Source of the DNA: a virus
Taxonomy: Duplodnaviria; Caudoviricetes
IMG/VR virus record: IMGVR_UViG_3300001866_000016
Coordinates: 1-47,851 of that record
DNA: 47,851 bases
Reading direction: 5' to 3' (one strand)
A program made the position numbers and the translations under genes. Below the pieces are notes generated by a model. It made no database searches. It was not told the DNA's origin and worked only from the letters and a program-made list of their open reading frames with translations. Positions 44,374 through 47,851 of this stretch are shown here, piece after piece (within the stretch, counting starts at the first letter, position 1; the number at the start of each line of letters is the position of its first letter).

Positions 44374-45213
44374 ATGCCAGCCAAAAGTAAATTTAAATTG
44401 ACGTTGGAAAACTATTACTCGCCAGAGCGGCCACATATTAGCAACTCAATGATCAATGATTATATAAAGTCGCCAGCATTTTTTAAAAAGAAGTATATAG
44501 ACAGGGTGATACCGCGAAGGGTTACAGACCCGATGAAGCGCGGGCTGGTTCTTGACGGCATGCTCACAACTCCTGAGAGTTTTCCTTATGTTCGCAAATT
44601 TGAAAGGACATGCACTAAAAAGCAAAATCCAGAGCAATATGATAAGGAGACCCAGATTGTAGATGAACAAAGTAAGCTGTCTCCAGATATCGTGGTGTCT
44701 CCGTTTTATTGGGATCAAGCGTTACAAACAGCACAGTTTATTGAAAAGCAGCAATTTTGGAAAAGACGTTTAGATAGGGCATATTTTCAGGAACCTATTG
44801 AGGGTGAGCTAGACGGCCATCTTGTTTGTGGATTGCCAGATAGAGTTGATAGAGTAGATCTTAAATGGTTTATACAAGACCTTAAATTCACTCAACCAAT
44901 TAAAACACAGACAGCGAAGACTTGGCTACGCCATTGTCATGAGATGGGGTATTTGAGACAAGCGGCATTGTATAGATATTTGTGGTCTAAACATAAAGAC
45001 TGCCCACTTGAGGAAATAAAGTTTGGGTTTATAGCGGCGAGCTATTTAGAGTTTGGTCTGTCAAGGGTTGATCTGTTTGAGGTAGATAATAGTTTATATA
45101 CAGAGGCGATGACTGAGATAAGAACAGCTTTGTTTGGTATAAGTCGCAAACTTTTTGCAGACCAGTCTGTGTCATGGATGTCTAAAAAGATATTGATGAA
45201 AGATGCACAATAA
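44374..45213 (+). CDS. PD-(D/E)XK exonuclease (RecE/DUF3799-like)
   Basis: ISNSMINDY, GLPDRV, QDLKFT and GYLRQAALY motifs. Confidence 0.85.
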   Translation: MPAKSKFKLTLENYYSPERPHISNSMINDYIKSPAFFKKKYIDRVIPRRVTDPMKRGLVLDGMLTTPESFPYVRKFERTCTKKQNPEQYDKETQIVDEQSKLSPDIVVSPFYWDQALQTAQFIEKQQFWKRRLDRAYFQEPIEGELDGHLVCGLPDRVDRVDLKWFIQDLKFTQPIKTQTAKTWLRHCHEMGYLRQAALYRYLWSKHKDCPLEEIKFGFIAASYLEFGLSRVDLFEVDNSLYTEAMTEIRTALFGISRKLFADQSVSWMSKKILMKDAQ

Positions 45214-46567
45214 TAATATGGTTAATGTCTTTATAAAAGGCGACATAACTATTACAGGACTTAGTGCTGAGCATAAGAATTTTATAAAGTCTGGCTTGAG
45301 ATTAAAGAACCCTACTTACTATCAGGCTATAAGAGCAAACCCAAGAGCCAAGTATGCTATAAGCGAGTTTATAGAATATTTTAAAGAGGATAAAACTACT
45401 GGAGATATTACTATAGACAGAGGCAAGATTCATAGATTGTTAAAATTCCTACGTGATAAGAATATACCATTCAACATTTCTGATAATAGAGTTACACGGA
45501 AAATAGATATACCAAAATCTAGTATTAAATTGCGTGAGTACCAATCTGGTATCCCTGAGGAGATTTCAAGGAGTGATCAAGGTGTTGTCGTCTTGTCTAC
45601 TGGATTTGGAAAGACGATAATTGCCCTAAGATTAGCGGAAATTTTGCAACAGAAAACATTAATAATAGTTCCTAGGATCAGTATATTAAAACAATTTAAA
45701 GATGACTATGTCAAATACTTCAAGGAGAATCCAGGTATCATTAATGGGGGAGAATGTTCCGTCAAGAATGTTACTTTGGCTACTAAACAAAGCCTGGCAA
45801 ATTGGATATCTAAGTCTGGGGTTGAATGTGATAAGTTCGGGTGTATTATCGTTGACGAATGTCACTTATTTGTCCCGAAGAAATCCAGAGGAGTCATCAA
45901 TTTTTTCACTGCTCATTATAGATTTGGATTTACAGCTACAGACAGAAGAAGTGACGGACAAGGAGACGCAATAAGGTTTATTTTTGGAGATACAATTATA
46001 CAAAGAAATATAGAAAGAAAGGAACCGAGTGTAGAGATATTGAAATTTGATGGTCACATACCGATGGATGAATATCATAATATAATTGACGAACAGTCTA
46101 TATATGAAGAAAGAAACAAGCTCATTGCCAGACGGGTGGAGGAAGAGATATCTGAGGGGCGCAGAGTGCTCGTGCTCACGAAGAGGATCAACCACGCAGA
46201 GATCTTATATGGATTTATTAATAATGATGGAAAATTTATCTTGCGAAGCTCGGATTCTAAGAAGAAGAATGACATTGTTATCAGTGAGTTGCGCTCTGGC
46301 ATTGTTAATTTTTCTTGTATTCTTGGCACAATGTCGCTCCTTTCTGTGGGTGTTGACATCCCGCTTTTAGATACACTTATTATAGCAGGAGATCTAAAGA
46401 GTGATGTTTTACAGGAACAATCTGTTGGGCGAGTCTTGCGCATATTTGAAGGTAAGAAAGACCCAAAGATTATAGATATTTGGGACACTGGTAATCCCAT
46501 ATTAAAACATCAGGGGAAACTAAGACAAAAGTTTTATAATAAACAGGGCTGGAATATGACGCAATAA
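45203..46567 (+). CDS. superfamily 2 DExH helicase
   Basis: LREYQ, STGFGKT, IVDECH, GFTAT, GVDIPLLD and QSVGRVLR motifs. Confidence 0.93.
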   Translation: MHNNNMVNVFIKGDITITGLSAEHKNFIKSGLRLKNPTYYQAIRANPRAKYAISEFIEYFKEDKTTGDITIDRGKIHRLLKFLRDKNIPFNISDNRVTRKIDIPKSSIKLREYQSGIPEEISRSDQGVVVLSTGFGKTIIALRLAEILQQKTLIIVPRISILKQFKDDYVKYFKENPGIINGGECSVKNVTLATKQSLANWISKSGVECDKFGCIIVDECHLFVPKKSRGVINFFTAHYRFGFTATDRRSDGQGDAIRFIFGDTIIQRNIERKEPSVEILKFDGHIPMDEYHNIIDEQSIYEERNKLIARRVEEEISEGRRVLVLTKRINHAEILYGFINNDGKFILRSSDSKKKNDIVISELRSGIVNFSCILGTMSLLSVGVDIPLLDTLIIAGDLKSDVLQEQSVGRVLRIFEGKKDPKIIDIWDTGNPILKHQGKLRQKFYNKQGWNMTQ

Positions 46568-46612
46568 TTATCCACAACATCTATTGCTATAATATACACA
46601 CTATACTATTAT
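46568..46612 (+). promoter_or_regulatory. promoter with a perfect DnaA box
   Basis: TTATCCACA-7 nt-TTGCTA-17 nt-TATTAT. Confidence 0.65.
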
Positions 46613-46631
46613 CTTAATATAAAATATCTAT

Positions 46632-47045
46632 ATGAAAAAAGTATTACAAAAGAAAGAATCCTATGTCTATTACTACAAGGACGGAGTAAGGATTGAGGGA
46701 GTACACGACGAAATCTCTGGCGACGTGAGTGGTATCCGTGGCAACGTGAGTGATATCTCTGGCGACGTGAGTGGTATCCGTGGCAACGTGAGTGGTATCT
46801 ATGGCAACGTGAGTGGTATCCGTGGCAACGTGAGTGGTATCTCTGGCAACGTGAGTGGTATCCGTGGCAACGTGAGTGGTATCCGTGGCAACGTGAGTGG
46901 TATCTCTGGCGACGTGGGTGATATCTCTGGCAACGTGAGTGGTATCCGTGGCAACGTGAGTGGTATCTCTGGCGACTTAGATGACTGTGAAATAACAGAC
47001 GAAGAAAGGGCAAAAGGAATAGACATCACAGACTTGATTGTATGA
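46632..47045 (+). CDS. heptad-repeat (I-[RSY]-G-[ND]-V-S-G)x13 protein
   Basis: In-frame 21-bp tandem repeat at 46713-46985. Confidence 0.85.
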   Translation: MKKVLQKKESYVYYYKDGVRIEGVHDEISGDVSGIRGNVSDISGDVSGIRGNVSGIYGNVSGIRGNVSGISGNVSGIRGNVSGIRGNVSGISGDVGDISGNVSGIRGNVSGISGDLDDCEITDEERAKGIDITDLIV

Positions 47046-47275
47046 GAAAATATAAGTTCGGTGGGAGGATAAACATTTATGTCAATAAGACGAAATGGCA
47101 AAAATTTCAAAGATTTTTTAGGGGCACTGAATATTCAGCCAGTGAGTTCATTGACGACTTCATGCGAGAAGACATCATTAAGGATTGGCTTGACTACAAA
47201 CGAGAGAGCGCGAAGGTCGCTGGCGATAAAATTAAGGAAAGGTATTTCACGCCAACTAGCGGTGAAGTTAACTGA
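47042..47275 (+). CDS. ribbon-helix-helix-like protein
   Basis: RINIYVNKTKWQKFQ...SASEFIDDFMRE. Confidence 0.7.
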   Translation: MRKYKFGGRINIYVNKTKWQKFQRFFRGTEYSASEFIDDFMREDIIKDWLDYKRESAKVAGDKIKERYFTPTSGEVN

Positions 47276-47420
47276 AAAAGAGTTTGGAATAAAATTATAA
47301 ATAACCCATGTGGTGCGTGGAGTGGAGAGAAGGCCTTTCTTTCTCCCAGACGCTTAAAGAACATAAAATCTTTTGTCGCCACGAAATAAATAACTAAGCC
47401 GAAAGGCACTAAGTAATAAT

Positions 47421-47765
47421 ATGCCAACAATAGAAATATCCGAGGAGACGTTAGAGAGACTTAAAGACCAGTTAGGTGTAAGCGAATACAAAGAAATTAA
47501 CTCATACGAGGATTTGGTGGGAGGTAAGTATTTCTTTCGCACAGTAACTTATCATTCATTAGGAGAGGTAGTAAAAATAGTGGGTAAATTCGCCTATCTA
47601 AAAAACGCCTCATGGATTGCTGATAGTGGAAGATTTAATGAAGCCCTAAAAGGAAACTGGACAGATAATGCAGAGATTGAACCAGTTGGTAATATGTTTA
47701 TTAACCTTGATACAGTAGTGGATTTCTTCCCTTGGAAACACAAATTGCCAACAAATGTTAAATAG
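47421..47765 (+). CDS. putative Sm/SH3-like beta-barrel protein
   Basis: helix-LVGGKYFFRTVTYHSLGEV...LKNASW...FINLDTVVDF pattern. Confidence 0.7.
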   Translation: MPTIEISEETLERLKDQLGVSEYKEINSYEDLVGGKYFFRTVTYHSLGEVVKIVGKFAYLKNASWIADSGRFNEALKGNWTDNAEIEPVGNMFINLDTVVDFFPWKHKLPTNVK

Positions 47766-47766
47766 T

Positions 47767-47851
47767 ATGTTAGCTATAATCGGTAACATAAACGTATTAT
47801 ATAGGTCGGGGTCGGGGTCGGTGTCGGAGTCGAGGTCGGGGTCGAGGTCGA
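47767..47851 (+). CDS. Ser-Arg/Gly repeat peptide, 5' part (continues at the window start)
   Basis: TAGtATG coupling to the upstream gene; MLAIIGNINVLYRSGSGSVSESRSGSRS... Confidence 0.7.
   Translation, partial: MLAIIGNINVLYRSGSGSVSESRSGSRS

Noticed and set aside
46713-46985. CRISPR or non-coding repeat; antisense His/Cys-rich ORF 46609..47013
   Set aside because: Head-to-tail 21-mers with no spacers, in frame within a well-placed + strand gene. The antisense ORFs are shadows of the repeat.
47308-47397. 29-aa ORF MWCVEW... in the leader of the Sm-like gene
   Set aside because: Short with no supporting features; the RNA structure explains the region at least as well. Not excluded as a leader peptide.
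1-47851. Alternative genetic code (TGA or TAG recoding)
   Set aside because: Conserved genes are full length in code 11, rtcB ends naturally at TGA, and coding density is high.
1-47851. Prophage with integrase/att sites
   Set aside because: No integrase recognised, no host genes, and both ends fall in the same repeat.

Overview
An apparently complete, circularly permuted ~47.9 kb podovirus-like tailed phage genome in genetic code 11, opened inside a (TCG-NGG)n hexamer repeat that is present at both ends. The minus strand (36726 to 6472) carries the virion module: TerS, TerL, portal, scaffold, a GT2 glycosyltransferase, capsid cement, major capsid protein, head/tail fibres, a papain-like peptidase lysis cassette, adaptor/nozzle, ejection proteins and an LPD38 polyvalent protein. 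The plus strand carries small early genes (36867-39164), a repeat-rich putative origin (~40020-40570), SF3 and SF2 helicases, a CHC2 zinc finger, an SSB-like protein and a PD-(D/E)XK nuclease. An accessory arm crosses the window junction. It holds a heptad-repeat protein, an Sm-like protein plus a Ser-Arg repeat peptide, a tandem 'fixed scaffold/variable slot' YopX cassette duplication, an adenine MTase, two atypical tRNAs, RtcB, a metallophosphoesterase and a ~340-nt, four-domain structured RNA. I recognised no integrase, DNA polymerase or primase catalytic domain. A CPR/Patescibacteria-like host is only an inference from the AT-rich, Shine-Dalgarno-less core genes. All product calls come from motif recognition by eye, not from database searches.
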